DNA from: a virus
IMG/VR virus record: IMGVR_UViG_3300044838_000061
Location: 10,483-74,482 of that record
DNA: 64,000 nucleotides
Strand: one strand, 5' to 3'
Shown: positions 43,800 through 53,988 of the stretch, in pieces
Numbering within the stretch: position 1 is the stretch's first letter
Layout of the letters: each line of letters begins with the position of its first letter
The notes under the pieces: model-generated
Seen by the model: the letters and a program-made list of their open reading frames with translations, nothing else
Databases searched by the model: none
Told to the model about the DNA's origin: nothing
Position numbers and translations under genes: made by a program

Positions 43800-46463
43800 C
43801 TAAGAAGAGAGCTTGAGCTGGTCTCCCAGCATCAGGAGCAGCGCGCGCTCGTGCGCGTCCTCTAGGTCGTCGGTCAGGTAGAGCGTCTCGGTACCCTCGT
43901 CGTAGGCGACTCGCAGGCCGTCCACCGCGAGGTGTGCCGGCAGCTCCGGCACCCGCTCAACGGACAGCCTCTCGGTCGAGAGCGGGACCCAGCCGAGCGT
44001 GCCATTCTGGTGCTCGTCGACATCCATCGCGTCCTCGACGGAATAGACGCGGCCCTGGCGAGCCTGACACTCCGCGTCGGTGGTGGCGTCGGTCCCGTCG
44101 GAGGCGTCCACTGCCTGCACCTGCGCGACCCCGGCGCGGTGCAGAGCCTCGAGCGTCCCGCGGTTGAACGCGTCACGGGTCTCCGTACGAGTCGCTCGGT
44201 CCGCGTGCGTCTTGGGGAAGTCCTGGAAGTGCTCCTTGGCGGCGTCAGCGACGGCAGCAGGGTCGACGGTCTTCTGTAGCTCGTCCCCGAGCCAGGACCG
44301 GCACTCGTCTCGCACGGTTCCGTCGATCGAGTCCAGCGCGAACTTGACGCGGTCCTTTACCCACGGGTCCAGCGCGCCGGATCCGAAGTCCTCGGCGTCC
44401 AGGCGCGCCCCCTTTAGCGCGCTCCTGCCGCCGCTCAGCGCCACCCCTCCCACGAGGTCCGCGAGTCGCCCTCCGACCTCGGTCGCGACGACCTGAGACG
44501 AGTGCCCGGGCGCCCCGGCCGCGTGCGAGGACGACCAGAGCGCGACGATCGACGCCGCCGCGGCACTCGCCTGCTGCTCGTCCAGCCCGGTCTTCTGCCG
44601 CTGATCCTGAGCCAGGTGGAGGGTCGGCTGGGCGCGAAGGAAGTCCACGAACGAGCCGTACTGCTGCTCGTAGCGCTCCAGCAGCAGTCGTCTCAGCCTG
44701 ACCACGCGTGACCTGACGCCCGCGTCCCGATAGTGCGGGGTGTCGGGGAGCGAGTTCATGAACCCGTCGGACTCGGCGAGCACAATGCGCTGCGGGGGCT
44801 GCGCGTACTGATTTCCTCGCGCAGTCTTGACGACGCCGGCGTTGTAGCCCTGGGTGCCGACCTTCTCCGGATCCTGCACGGGCGGTCCCATGAGCGCTGC
44901 GAGCTCCGATATCTGCTGGACTTCCTTCTTCAACTGCATCTCATTGAGAAGCGGGATGTTCATCTGCTCGAGCAGCGCGCGAACGTCAACGGGGAGAACC
45001 TCGCCGCGGACCTGACCGATGAGCTGGAAGACCTGGCTGCGCGTCTGCTCATCGAGCACACCGAGCGAGCGCGAGACCTTCTTACACGGAGTCCCCACCA
45101 ACTCGGGGAAGTTCGCCGCGATGAACTGCGGGATCATGTACTCGTTGATGATCGAGTCGTAGTAGTTCACGAGGAGCTGCTGGCTCTCCTCGTAGACTTG
45201 CCCGAGTTGGGTCGCCATCCGCGCACCACCAGTGCCGCCAGAGGAACCTCCGGCTGTCCTTGACCCGGTTCCCTCGATCATGGATTGCTCAGGGATAAAC
45301 CACGATCTCAGCTTGTAAACATCAAGTAGCTTGAATGTTGCATCGAGCTCGGAGAAGTTGTTCTTGCCGTCGAGGTAGCCGATATCCCACTTACGCATCG
45401 TCGTCACATGGCCGTCGCTCGTCTCGGCCAGTGATCCCGGAACCGCGAGCGTCGCCCCAGAGCGTGTCTGGTTCCCGAGGTCGAGCGCTGTCTGTCGCGC
45501 TCGCTTGACCATCGGGTTCTCCTGGTCGGGGTCATCCGGGTCGATGTACTGGTCGAAGTCCACCGGGTAGTAGACGACCTTCGGAGGATCGGCGAGGTTC
45601 TCATAGCTGCGGTCCGCGAGTCGCCACCTGAACCAGAAGCTCCACCAGAAGGGATAGGCCCTTTTCGTCCTAGCAGCCCCAAAGCATGATCCGAAATTTA
45701 GGGATTCTTCGTTCGTGAGCCAGAGCGCATAGTCCGGCCCGATGAAGTGACCCGGGATGACCATGTACCCGTAGGCGCTGGCGGCCGAAATGAGGTCGTT
45801 ATGAGGGATCGGAGTCTGCGAAAACTTGAACCCGACCATTTGGCCGTCCTCGTCCCACTGCGGGAGACAGTGGGAGGGGTTGAGCGTCGCCGGAGGTCTC
45901 CAGAGCAACGCGTCGGCCGACGAGTCCCAGACCGGGATGTCCTTGTCCGAGTCCTCAGAGTTCGGATCGCGGTAAGTGCCCCCGAGCTTCCCGAGCCGGA
46001 ACCGCTTGACGGCCGGCTGGTGCCCGTACCAGAGCGAGTTGCTGAAGGCTAGGAGCGTCTCGGCGATGATAGGACGGAGGGCCTCGTCGACAGCGGCTGC
46101 GAGTCTGGCGTTGGGACTCGCGATGCTCCACTCGGCACGGACGATCGGCGTGATCGTCATCCACCATCCGAACGCGAGCATGAGGTCGGTCGTCATCTCT
46201 CGCAGCTGCTCGAATGGGATCCAGCGGACGGAGAAGGGGTTCCCCAGCTGGTTCTGGAGGAGGGAGAGGTCGATGATCTCAGACTGAGTCCGCTGCCTGA
46301 TCGTCGGTCCCGACGCCTCGGCTCTAGCAAGCCGCTGAAGGACGCCCTGGTCACGCTCGGTCTCGACGACACGCTCCTCCTCGGGAGAAGGTCCCTGCGT
46401 CCGCTGAGTGAGGACGGGATCCAGGCTTATTGACTGGTCGAGGCTGCTGTCGTCAACGGCCAT
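43800..46463 (-). CDS. Portal protein fused to a MuF-like minor head domain
   Basis: Follows the terminase; portal-like N-terminal ~540 aa; C-terminal RATRTETRDAFNRG...C..R.G.VY...EHQNG. Confidence 0.8.
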   Translation of the reverse strand: MAVDDSSLDQSISLDPVLTQRTQGPSPEEERVVETERDQGVLQRLARAEASGPTIRQRTQSEIIDLSLLQNQLGNPFSVRWIPFEQLREMTTDLMLAFGWWMTITPIVRAEWSIASPNARLAAAVDEALRPIIAETLLAFSNSLWYGHQPAVKRFRLGKLGGTYRDPNSEDSDKDIPVWDSSADALLWRPPATLNPSHCLPQWDEDGQMVGFKFSQTPIPHNDLISAASAYGYMVIPGHFIGPDYALWLTNEESLNFGSCFGAARTKRAYPFWWSFWFRWRLADRSYENLADPPKVVYYPVDFDQYIDPDDPDQENPMVKRARQTALDLGNQTRSGATLAVPGSLAETSDGHVTTMRKWDIGYLDGKNNFSELDATFKLLDVYKLRSWFIPEQSMIEGTGSRTAGGSSGGTGGARMATQLGQVYEESQQLLVNYYDSIINEYMIPQFIAANFPELVGTPCKKVSRSLGVLDEQTRSQVFQLIGQVRGEVLPVDVRALLEQMNIPLLNEMQLKKEVQQISELAALMGPPVQDPEKVGTQGYNAGVVKTARGNQYAQPPQRIVLAESDGFMNSLPDTPHYRDAGVRSRVVRLRRLLLERYEQQYGSFVDFLRAQPTLHLAQDQRQKTGLDEQQASAAAASIVALWSSSHAAGAPGHSSQVVATEVGGRLADLVGGVALSGGRSALKGARLDAEDFGSGALDPWVKDRVKFALDSIDGTVRDECRSWLGDELQKTVDPAAVADAAKEHFQDFPKTHADRATRTETRDAFNRGTLEALHRAGVAQVQAVDASDGTDATTDAECQARQGRVYSVEDAMDVDEHQNGTLGWVPLSTERLSVERVPELPAHLAVDGLRVAYDEGTETLYLTDDLEDAHERALLLMLGDQLKLSS

Positions 46464-48348
46464 AGGGACTCCTGTCGGCGAATGACTCGCCTAGTCGGGA
46501 ACGCCACGCGCGCTCGTCAGCGAAGGGGTCGCCTCCCTGGGACACCGCGGCGGCGAGGGACGAGTCGTGCGCGCGCTGGACGACTATCGGCGTCGCGCCG
46601 GACCCCGGAGCCTGGTGCTGTCTGCGCCGCTCGAGTGTCTCAGTATTGGCGTGTAGGTACCTAGAGGCGGCCATCGTGTGGGAGCTCTCGTCGTGGACCT
46701 CGCGGCCGTTCTTCTGTCGCCACGACTCGACGTCGTCCATGTGACGAGAGCACCTCGAGTCCACCCAGTAACGCTTGTCCGCGACGAGATCCTGCAACGT
46801 CTTCACCGTCGGGGCGAAGTCTCGGTTCGGCAGGTACCAGACAGTCCGAAGCGGAGGGGTGTGTTCGCGCCAATCGTCGCGCTGCTGCTTCCCGGCCATG
46901 TCGGCGAAGCGTCCGGTGACGCGAAACCCGGGGATCTGCCTGCGCCACGCGATCTCCTTGGCGACGACCTTGTCGGCGAGCTTGGTCGCCCCAACGTTGG
47001 CCTCCAGTAACTCGTCGAAGGCAACGTACGCGCCGAGTATGACCGTCACGGTTCCGGACGGACCCTGGATCGTCACAGACACACGTAGTGGTCCTTGTAC
47101 CCAAAGGACTGCCGAAACCGCGGAGCCACCCCAGTCCACCGACTGCCACACCTGTCCGAGTTCCGGCCGAGGCTGCCAGCCGACGGTCGTGAACCTCTGG
47201 CGCGTCCAGCCCGGGAGGTAGAGGCCGTCCGCCATCGGTCGTCGACACTCCATCTGTGCGTCCCAAGTGGCTTGCGCGTTCTTACGAAACTTGCGCTTGA
47301 TGTCATCGTAGGCCAGCCATCCCCGCGAGCGGAAGAATCGCCCGCGACAGACTGACTCCAGCGTGCGCGGGACGTCCTCGGCCCACTCGCCCTTGACAAC
47401 TCGGTCACACGAGCACAGTTCCCCGGGATCGCGACCGAGTTCACGCAGACGTCCCTCGCGCTGCTCAACGGACACGCCGCGGCAACAAGGAACCTCCTCG
47501 GCCACCTCTGCCACGCAGTAGGCGTAGAGCTTCCATGACCCCTCGTACCCCTGTCGTTCGGTCTCCTCGGTCTCCTCGATGAGCTTCTGCATCGGGCCGT
47601 GCATCGACTTACGAGTCGACGTGACGACGTCCAACGCCGGGATACGACTACCGTCGGGGAGCAGCGTTGAGGAGGACATGTTGGCCGACTCGGCCAGGAT
47701 GTCGTCGTCCATCAGGTCAACCTCATCGGCGTGAACGGTGTTGGGGTGCGGGCTGTTTACGCCCGAGGCGGTACCTACGATGATGGATAGTAACGAGCCG
47801 ATCTTCCATAGGATGCGTTTCTGGAGCGGCTCACCGTCGATTTCGGGCTTTACTCTCCGGGTGACAGATCCGTCATCGTTTGACACCCTCTCCTGCACGA
47901 ACCCCTGGACGTAAGAGAAAGCCTTTTCCGCCTGATCTCGAATAGATCCGAAGGTGACTCCCTCGTGCTGCGGGATGAACTTGCACTTCATGTACTGGAG
48001 GATCGAGACGTTGAGCGTCCCGCCGGCCTCGCGCGACTTCAGGATCAGGATCCCGCTGTGGCGGTTGAAGAACCCGTCGGCGATCGGGTCGAACGGCGCG
48101 CAGTGGTCCTCACAGACAGAGACCCGCGGGATGTCAAACCCGGTCTCGGCCAAGATGGCGGCGTGGAGCTCGTCGTCTGTCTGCGGCACCCGAGCACCCT
48201 GAGTCGTTTGCCGCTCACCTCGGTTGTCGACGATCGGCTTGGTGATCGTGGCGAGAGAGACTTTGGCCTCGTGGGACAGTCCACGCAGCCGCGCGCGCAG
48301 CGCATCGAACTCCTCTTGCGTCGCCGGACGTCGAGCGGTGGCGCTCAC
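46453..48348 (-). CDS. terL: Terminase large subunit
   Basis: LKSREAGGT (deviant Walker A), VHADEVD (Walker B), TST (motif III), VDWGG and H..A.RY (nuclease). Confidence 0.8.
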   Translation of the reverse strand: MSATARRPATQEEFDALRARLRGLSHEAKVSLATITKPIVDNRGERQTTQGARVPQTDDELHAAILAETGFDIPRVSVCEDHCAPFDPIADGFFNRHSGILILKSREAGGTLNVSILQYMKCKFIPQHEGVTFGSIRDQAEKAFSYVQGFVQERVSNDDGSVTRRVKPEIDGEPLQKRILWKIGSLLSIIVGTASGVNSPHPNTVHADEVDLMDDDILAESANMSSSTLLPDGSRIPALDVVTSTRKSMHGPMQKLIEETEETERQGYEGSWKLYAYCVAEVAEEVPCCRGVSVEQREGRLRELGRDPGELCSCDRVVKGEWAEDVPRTLESVCRGRFFRSRGWLAYDDIKRKFRKNAQATWDAQMECRRPMADGLYLPGWTRQRFTTVGWQPRPELGQVWQSVDWGGSAVSAVLWVQGPLRVSVTIQGPSGTVTVILGAYVAFDELLEANVGATKLADKVVAKEIAWRRQIPGFRVTGRFADMAGKQQRDDWREHTPPLRTVWYLPNRDFAPTVKTLQDLVADKRYWVDSRCSRHMDDVESWRQKNGREVHDESSHTMAASRYLHANTETLERRRQHQAPGSGATPIVVQRAHDSSLAAAVSQGGDPFADERAWRSRLGESFADRSPYGR

Positions 48349-49049
48349 GCGGCCTGCGCCTCTGTGGCTCGGTGCTCGGGGCAGGCCGCCAGCGATGCCG
48401 TGCGTGCGAGTAGGTCCGGATCCGAGACGCCTGAGTCGCGCATCAACTCGACCACGCGGTCCTTCTCCGCGTCGCACGCGTAACAGTCGAACGACGGCGG
48501 AGGCTCGATTCGTGGGGGACCGTCGTCCGGAACAACCTCCGCGTCCACGACCTCGCCGAAGGCGGAGAAGTCGACACCTAGCGCGTCACCCATCAGTTCC
48601 AACAGGCGTTTATCGAGTTGGGTCCCAGAGAGTTTCCTGAACTCCTTCTCGTCCTCCCGTGCATTCTTGACGGCCCAGTCCTCCATCCGCATGTACTCGC
48701 GGATTCCCTCAAGCTGCAGGCGCTTGTCCTTGTGCTGGCCGAAGATCATCGCGTCGAGCTTCTCGATGATCTCGTCGGCCTTCTCTTGGGCGTGCTCGGC
48801 CGCGATCTCCTGGAACTTCTTGGTCCGACGACGGTGGAAGCCGTTCTGACCGCCAGCCCTCCCCTCGACGTGGAGCTGGAGCATCTTCTGACGCTGCTCC
48901 TCGCGTCTCGCGGGAGTCCAGTACGTATCGTGGTAGTCCTCGGTCGTACAACCCCCCAGCTGGCGACCGTCCTTGCCTAGGGCGGCGTGGCGCGACCCGA
49001 ACGCCGATGGCGGTCGAGCGGGTAGCACATCGGGTTCCTCTGCGGCCAC
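48345..49049 (-). CDS. Putative terminase small subunit
   Basis: Directly upstream of and overlapping terL; charged and helical. Confidence 0.45.
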   Translation of the reverse strand: MAAEEPDVLPARPPSAFGSRHAALGKDGRQLGGCTTEDYHDTYWTPARREEQRQKMLQLHVEGRAGGQNGFHRRRTKKFQEIAAEHAQEKADEIIEKLDAMIFGQHKDKRLQLEGIREYMRMEDWAVKNAREDEKEFRKLSGTQLDKRLLELMGDALGVDFSAFGEVVDAEVVPDDGPPRIEPPPSFDCYACDAEKDRVVELMRDSGVSDPDLLARTASLAACPEHRATEAQAA

Positions 49050-49096
49050 GAACCTCAGAGCATACTCGCTCTCGTTCCTAGTTTATACACCTACTA

Positions 49097-49573
49097 CTAG
49101 GTCTCTGCCAGCGTCCTCGCGGCGAGGGCCATCACAACGGCGTCGGCCCGATCACTGCCTCCCTTGTCAAACCGCCCGAAGTCGTGGTTGGGGTAGAGCC
49201 TCTTCACGGCGTCGAACGCATCGCGCTTGGACAGCGCGCCGGAGCCGAGCGCGATCTTCCGGGCGGTGCTGACGCGCCCTTCGACGACCACGACCCCGAG
49301 CCGCTTACAGGCCAGCACCGCGGCGCTCTGATAATGCGAGACGACCCTCGTGCTCTGAGCGTTACGCTCAACGGAAAGGAACTCGACGGCGGCCATGTCG
49401 GGGACACCGACGCGCCTGAGCCAACCGATGAGCCATTCATGGAACTGGTAGAGACGCTCTGGAGCGGAACCGCTGGAAGGACGCTTCCAGGTGTCCGTCA
49501 GGAGGAGACCCTTGCGGTCCATGTAGGCGACCCCGCTGCAGGAAGAACTGGGGTCGACGCCCACGAGCTTCAC
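49097..49573 (-). CDS. ruvC: RuvC-like resolvase
   Basis: LVGVDPS..SGVA, AVE, G.G..SK and DRADA motifs. Confidence 0.85.
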   Translation of the reverse strand: MKLVGVDPSSSCSGVAYMDRKGLLLTDTWKRPSSGSAPERLYQFHEWLIGWLRRVGVPDMAAVEFLSVERNAQSTRVVSHYQSAAVLACKRLGVVVVEGRVSTARKIALGSGALSKRDAFDAVKRLYPNHDFGRFDKGGSDRADAVVMALAARTLAET

Positions 49574-50061
49574 TCGGGCCTCACCAGCGCGATGACGTCC
49601 TCGTGGAAGAGGGGCTGACCGAGTAGCCAACACGTGGCGGCGATGAAGTCGAAGTCCCCCTCGTAACGCGATCCCCACTGTCCAAGTAGTCCAACCGATC
49701 GAGGCGCGATGACCATCTGGGTCGACACATTTCCGCAAGCCACCTCCGGCAACTGCCAGAGCTCGCGGCCGTCCGCATAGCGCATCCGGAACACATGCAC
49801 CCTGTCCGGCACCTCGGCGAAGCGAGCGCGAACGACGTCGAGAGCGCCCTCCACGTAGGCGTCGTCGTCGTCGATGAACAACAGCGCGTCCCCGCGAGCC
49901 GCCGGCATCAGCTGATTTCGCGCGGCGTGCCCCCAGGGTGCGTCCGAGTTGACTGAAACGAGTATCTCGTCGCCATCGACCATCTGTGATCGAGCGCTCT
50001 CAATGGTCCGCGAGAGAGTGGGTCGCCCGCAAGACGCGACGATGATCGAGAGGTGGATCAC
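49570..50061 (-). CDS. GT2-family glycosyltransferase (minimal)
   Basis: SIIVAS.GR..L, GHAARN, LFIDDDD and YEGDFDF. Confidence 0.85.
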   Translation of the reverse strand: MIHLSIIVASCGRPTLSRTIESARSQMVDGDEILVSVNSDAPWGHAARNQLMPAARGDALLFIDDDDAYVEGALDVVRARFAEVPDRVHVFRMRYADGRELWQLPEVACGNVSTQMVIAPRSVGLLGQWGSRYEGDFDFIAATCWLLGQPLFHEDVIALVRPE

Positions 50062-50603
50062 CGCGTCTTCACCCAGAGCGTGTCGACCAACCGACTCGGA
50101 CCTTCGGGGAAGAGCGCGTCTAGCGCCGCCTCGACGCCATCGCAGCTCTCCTCACGGTAGTCGTGACAAGCGAGCGCCCCTCCGTCCGTGAGCACCCACC
50201 ATGCGAGCTCGACGTCCCGACGCACCGAGTCCTTACGGTGGTCGCCGTCGACGAACACTAGGTCGAATAAGGCACCAGCGCGACAGAGGCCGCTCAGGAC
50301 TTCCGCGCTGCGAGCGACCACGACGCTGACTTTGTGGGACAGATCGTAGGCGGCGAGGTTCGCGCGCAGATGGGCAAGCGAGTCGCCGGCCAAAGACCCG
50401 AAGCCACCGTGGGGGTCGATCGCGAACACGTGCTCGGCAACCTGTCCCATCACGACCGAGCTATAGCCGTACGCCGAGCCGACCTCGACGACCCTCCCGT
50501 CGACCGCTAGAGAGCGTAACTCACACGTCTCGGCCTCCGTCAGTGAGGTGGAGATCGGTCGCCCGTCGCCGACGCTGATCTCGCGCCAAGAGAGCAACAT
50601 CAC
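50058..50603 (-). CDS. Class I SAM methyltransferase (Methyltransf_24 type)
   Basis: VVEVGSAYGYS, IDPH, DLVFVDGDH and HDY. Confidence 0.85.
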   Translation of the reverse strand: MMLLSWREISVGDGRPISTSLTEAETCELRSLAVDGRVVEVGSAYGYSSVVMGQVAEHVFAIDPHGGFGSLAGDSLAHLRANLAAYDLSHKVSVVVARSAEVLSGLCRAGALFDLVFVDGDHRKDSVRRDVELAWWVLTDGGALACHDYREESCDGVEAALDALFPEGPSRLVDTLWVKTR

Positions 50604-51652
50604 GCGACCCTCGCGACGTGTTGCTTACCGTGGTTCTCACGAGCGAGTTCCCAAGCCTCAAGCCAACGCCACGCGTTGTCCTCGAGCACAAAGCTCTCGC
50701 GAACTCGCTCGCGCAGCTCCTCCCCGTAGCCGTGCTGCACCATATCGAGAGCAGCGTGTACCTCCCTACGCCAGCTACGACCGCGGTCCTCGACCACCCG
50801 AAAGTCAAGGTAGGAGGCTAGGGCGCGGTACTCGGGTAGACCCGAGGCGACGGGCACAACGCCGAGCGCCGCGTACTCGAGCGGTTTGATTCGCGACTTC
50901 GCTGAGTTGAAGACGTTCGAGGCGAGCGGGGCAATCCCGACGTCGAGCCGAGCCACCGCCGTCGCGTAGTCGGAGAAGGAGACGACGCCGGTCGCCTCCG
51001 GCTCGCCGTCTAGTCCGAGCCTCCGCTGAACGTCCTCCCCCGGACCCACGACGAGAAATCGCGCCCCACGCTCACGGACCGCCTTTCCGACGCCGCCGCG
51101 GGTGACGTCGAGGTCGTCGTGATGGACAAGCAGGTTCCCTCCCCATCCGACCGTGAGACCGTCGCGCTCGACCTCCACACCGAGGAGCCGCGAGGGGACG
51201 AAGTTCGGCAGGACGACGGAGTGCTCCGGCGCGTATCGCCGTAGGACCGGAGCGGACACCGTGACGAGGTCAGCCAGCCGACACGCGCGTCGCAGGTGCC
51301 TCCAGTTGCAGGTCGGGTTCGTTCGCGGCTGATAGAAGACGTGCTGGGAATGGAGGGGAGGTAGGTGCTCGAGGTCGTCGTCCAGTTCCACCACTACCGC
51401 GATCCCGGACGCCTGGTAATAGGGGATTGAGTCGACAAGGCGCGCATCCACCGGGCGCTGGAGGACCAGCACGTCGACCTCAGGCGCGTCCTCGACGCCC
51501 ACTACGAGGCCCGACGACCGCGAGACCGTGAACCTCAGCGTCGGCTGAGACACGACCTCGACCTCCCCGTGGGCCACGAGGATCCCAGCCGGGCCGTCGA
51601 CGCGGTAGAAGCCGCACGCCTCCTCGTCGAACGCGACGGTAGCTACGCGCAC
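50600..51652 (-). CDS. GT-B (GT4-like) glycosyltransferase
   Basis: CGFYR, ELDDD, ADLVTVS, LPN, VGWGG...H..D and DVGIAPL..FNSAKSRIKPLEY. Confidence 0.85.
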   Translation of the reverse strand: MRVATVAFDEEACGFYRVDGPAGILVAHGEVEVVSQPTLRFTVSRSSGLVVGVEDAPEVDVLVLQRPVDARLVDSIPYYQASGIAVVVELDDDLEHLPPLHSQHVFYQPRTNPTCNWRHLRRACRLADLVTVSAPVLRRYAPEHSVVLPNFVPSRLLGVEVERDGLTVGWGGNLLVHHDDLDVTRGGVGKAVRERGARFLVVGPGEDVQRRLGLDGEPEATGVVSFSDYATAVARLDVGIAPLASNVFNSAKSRIKPLEYAALGVVPVASGLPEYRALASYLDFRVVEDRGRSWRREVHAALDMVQHGYGEELRERVRESFVLEDNAWRWLEAWELARENHGKQHVARVA

Positions 51653-51945
51653 GCCTCCCTCCTCGCCCGCTTCTCCGCCATGATCTGGCCGACGAGAATC
51701 CCGTCGATCCACAGGCCGGCGATGGTCCCGACGGCGTCGACGTCCTGCTCCACCGTCGCTGCCATGACCTTGTAGGCGAACTGCATCGCTAGGTCGGAGA
51801 CCTCGTGTGGATCCACATCGGTCCCGACGAACACAGGCAGCATCCGTCCCATGTCGGTGAGCGTCTCTCCAGAGCGCTCATCGACCGACAGCTTGCGCCT
51901 GTTCAGCGCCTCAATGGCCTCGACCAGCAGGCTCACGCCGCTCAC
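51643..51945 (-). CDS. Hypothetical protein
   Basis: Coupled ORF chain. Confidence 0.5.
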   Translation of the reverse strand: MSGVSLLVEAIEALNRRKLSVDERSGETLTDMGRMLPVFVGTDVDPHEVSDLAMQFAYKVMAATVEQDVDAVGTIAGLWIDGILVGQIMAEKRARREACA

Positions 51946-52196
51946 GCCGCCAGCCTCGGCTTGGTCGGCGCCTCATACCAGAACTCCAGCGCGAGGCCCT
52001 CCCTCGAGCGCATTACGAGCGGGACCACAACGGCGTCGTTGAAGGCGGTAGCCATCTGGTCGGAGACGACCCTCCGCGCCGCCTCGGCGTCCTCCGCGCA
52101 GACCAAAAACAGTCCGTCGTGGACGCGCCCGAACCCCTGGTGACGAGGCGAGTTGCGCGACTTGTGAAAGACCGCGAACCAGTCGAGCGAGATCAC
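51942..52196 (-). CDS. Hypothetical protein
   Basis: Likely GTG start at 52196. Confidence 0.45.
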   Translation of the reverse strand: MISLDWFAVFHKSRNSPRHQGFGRVHDGLFLVCAEDAEAARRVVSDQMATAFNDAVVVPLVMRSREGLALEFWYEAPTKPRLAA

Positions 52197-52359
52197 GTGA
52201 CGGTCTTCACCGCGACGTAGAGTCCGATCAGGCTCCAAGCGACGACATTGAGCCAGAGGAGCCTCATCGCCAAGATCGTCATCCATGCGGGCACGTTGTA
52301 TGACCCCGTGTAGCCGTCGGCCGTCTTGCGGGTCACGTACAGCGGTATCGACGGTGTCC

Positions 52360-53988
52360 TCATCGCAGGCCACCAGCGCCCTCCAGCTCCTTATGGCGCA
52401 TAGCCCATTGACGCGAGCAGGCCGACACGTCACGTGAGTAGCCGTCGCGGAGCGTCGTGAGCTGGCGCAGCACGCGCTCGATCTCATGTTCGCGCTCCTT
52501 CAGCGCGACGACCTCGAGATCGGCGGCGACCATCGCCTCACGTTGAGCGTCGGTGAGGCGCTTGCGGGAGTCCTCCGGATCCTTCGACGGTAGGGAGTTG
52601 GCGACCTCGACCTCTCGCCCTTTCCGCAACTTCACCACGTCACGATGCTCGCCCTCCCACAGCCCCACCACGAAATTCGCGCGGCTGTGGCAGGCGTGGA
52701 ACCGCGCGTGGTGCGAGCGCACGTCGTCGTCCGAGCACTTGGACATGTCGAACGGCAGCCGAGGAGGACGCTCGTCGATCTCCGGCGGTACCGGGAAGTG
52801 CTCGCGGTCGATGACCTCCGCGGCCGGGTTCTGCGGTAGCTCCTGGCTCGTCGCCCGGGTTGCGGTCATGCGCTTCGACTGCTGCTCCGCTGTTGACGCA
52901 GGCTCACCGATCTTCTCGGCGCGATCAGGAACCTCTGGCTCCTCGCGCTGCTCAGCGACGGTCGTCTGCTCACCCTCGCTGGTCTCGTCCAGCTGGTGCT
53001 CGGTTACCTTCTCGGTGGTCGCCGTCCCCTCATCCAGTGCCCGCGCGGCAAGAAGCTGCTCCTGCGTCACACGCCCTTCCGGGTTCTCGACCATGAACCG
53101 AAGCTCCTCGTCACCGATGGACGGGACGTCGACCCTCCCTCGTCCGAACGCCTTCAGCATCGATCCGGAGACCTGCGACTCCAGTTCCTCGCGCTCGGGG
53201 GTGATCCCATCCAACACGTCGCCGGACTTCGATGCGGGAGCCTGCGGCTCGGGCTGTCGGTCGACGACCATCCGCGTCGTCTCGACCGTCTGACCCTCCG
53301 ACTCTGGTGTTTCGACGCCATCGTCCGTCGGCGTCTCCTGCACCTCGCCGCCGGGATGCTCCACGACCCAGCGCAACTCCTCGTCGCTGAGCGAGGGAAT
53401 CTGCGAGGGGTCGAGCTTGTGCGCTCGCATCGCGGAGAACGTGAGCCGGTCCTCGAGCGCCTTGCGCTCGTCTGAGGGAGGCGCGAGTTCCTCCGACACG
53501 CCATCCTGCGCGACCTCCGCATGGCCGTTGGATTCCGGAGCCGCGACGACCTCCATCCCGCGCCGCCGCATCTCCGCCCTGACCACCTCGATGTTCTCCT
53601 CGACCTCCTGGGTCCGAGGCTCGTAGTTCAGTAGCGTCTCCTCGAACTTCCGGAGCGCCTCGTCCGGCTGCTTGGTGAGGTCTACCTCTGTGGCGGTCAC
53701 GTCGTCTCCTCCTGTGTCTGGTTCAGTTGGTGGCCGAGGGTTCTGATCGACCTCGGCGATGAAGAGCAGGGACATCACGCCGGCCGACCTGTTGCCGACG
53801 GCATACGAAAGTCGGCTCTGGCGAATCAGCTCGCTAGCTGCTGCCAGCCGGTCCCTCGAATCGCGCGGCAGCTGGCCGTCTACGTCGAGCTCGAAGTAAT
53901 TTGCTGCTAGGGCTTCGGACAGGATCGCCTCGACCTGCTGCTCGTTGAGGTCCGGAACCTCGCCTACGTCGATGGTCGTCGCGCTCAC
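52360..53988 (-). CDS. Acidic multidomain protein with a putative UvsY-like recombination-mediator C-terminus
   Basis: C-terminal coil TDAQREAMVAAD.EV...SACSRQ; internal duplicated module; near RecA. Confidence 0.5.
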   Translation of the reverse strand: MSATTIDVGEVPDLNEQQVEAILSEALAANYFELDVDGQLPRDSRDRLAAASELIRQSRLSYAVGNRSAGVMSLLFIAEVDQNPRPPTEPDTGGDDVTATEVDLTKQPDEALRKFEETLLNYEPRTQEVEENIEVVRAEMRRRGMEVVAAPESNGHAEVAQDGVSEELAPPSDERKALEDRLTFSAMRAHKLDPSQIPSLSDEELRWVVEHPGGEVQETPTDDGVETPESEGQTVETTRMVVDRQPEPQAPASKSGDVLDGITPEREELESQVSGSMLKAFGRGRVDVPSIGDEELRFMVENPEGRVTQEQLLAARALDEGTATTEKVTEHQLDETSEGEQTTVAEQREEPEVPDRAEKIGEPASTAEQQSKRMTATRATSQELPQNPAAEVIDREHFPVPPEIDERPPRLPFDMSKCSDDDVRSHHARFHACHSRANFVVGLWEGEHRDVVKLRKGREVEVANSLPSKDPEDSRKRLTDAQREAMVAADLEVVALKEREHEIERVLRQLTTLRDGYSRDVSACSRQWAMRHKELEGAGGLR

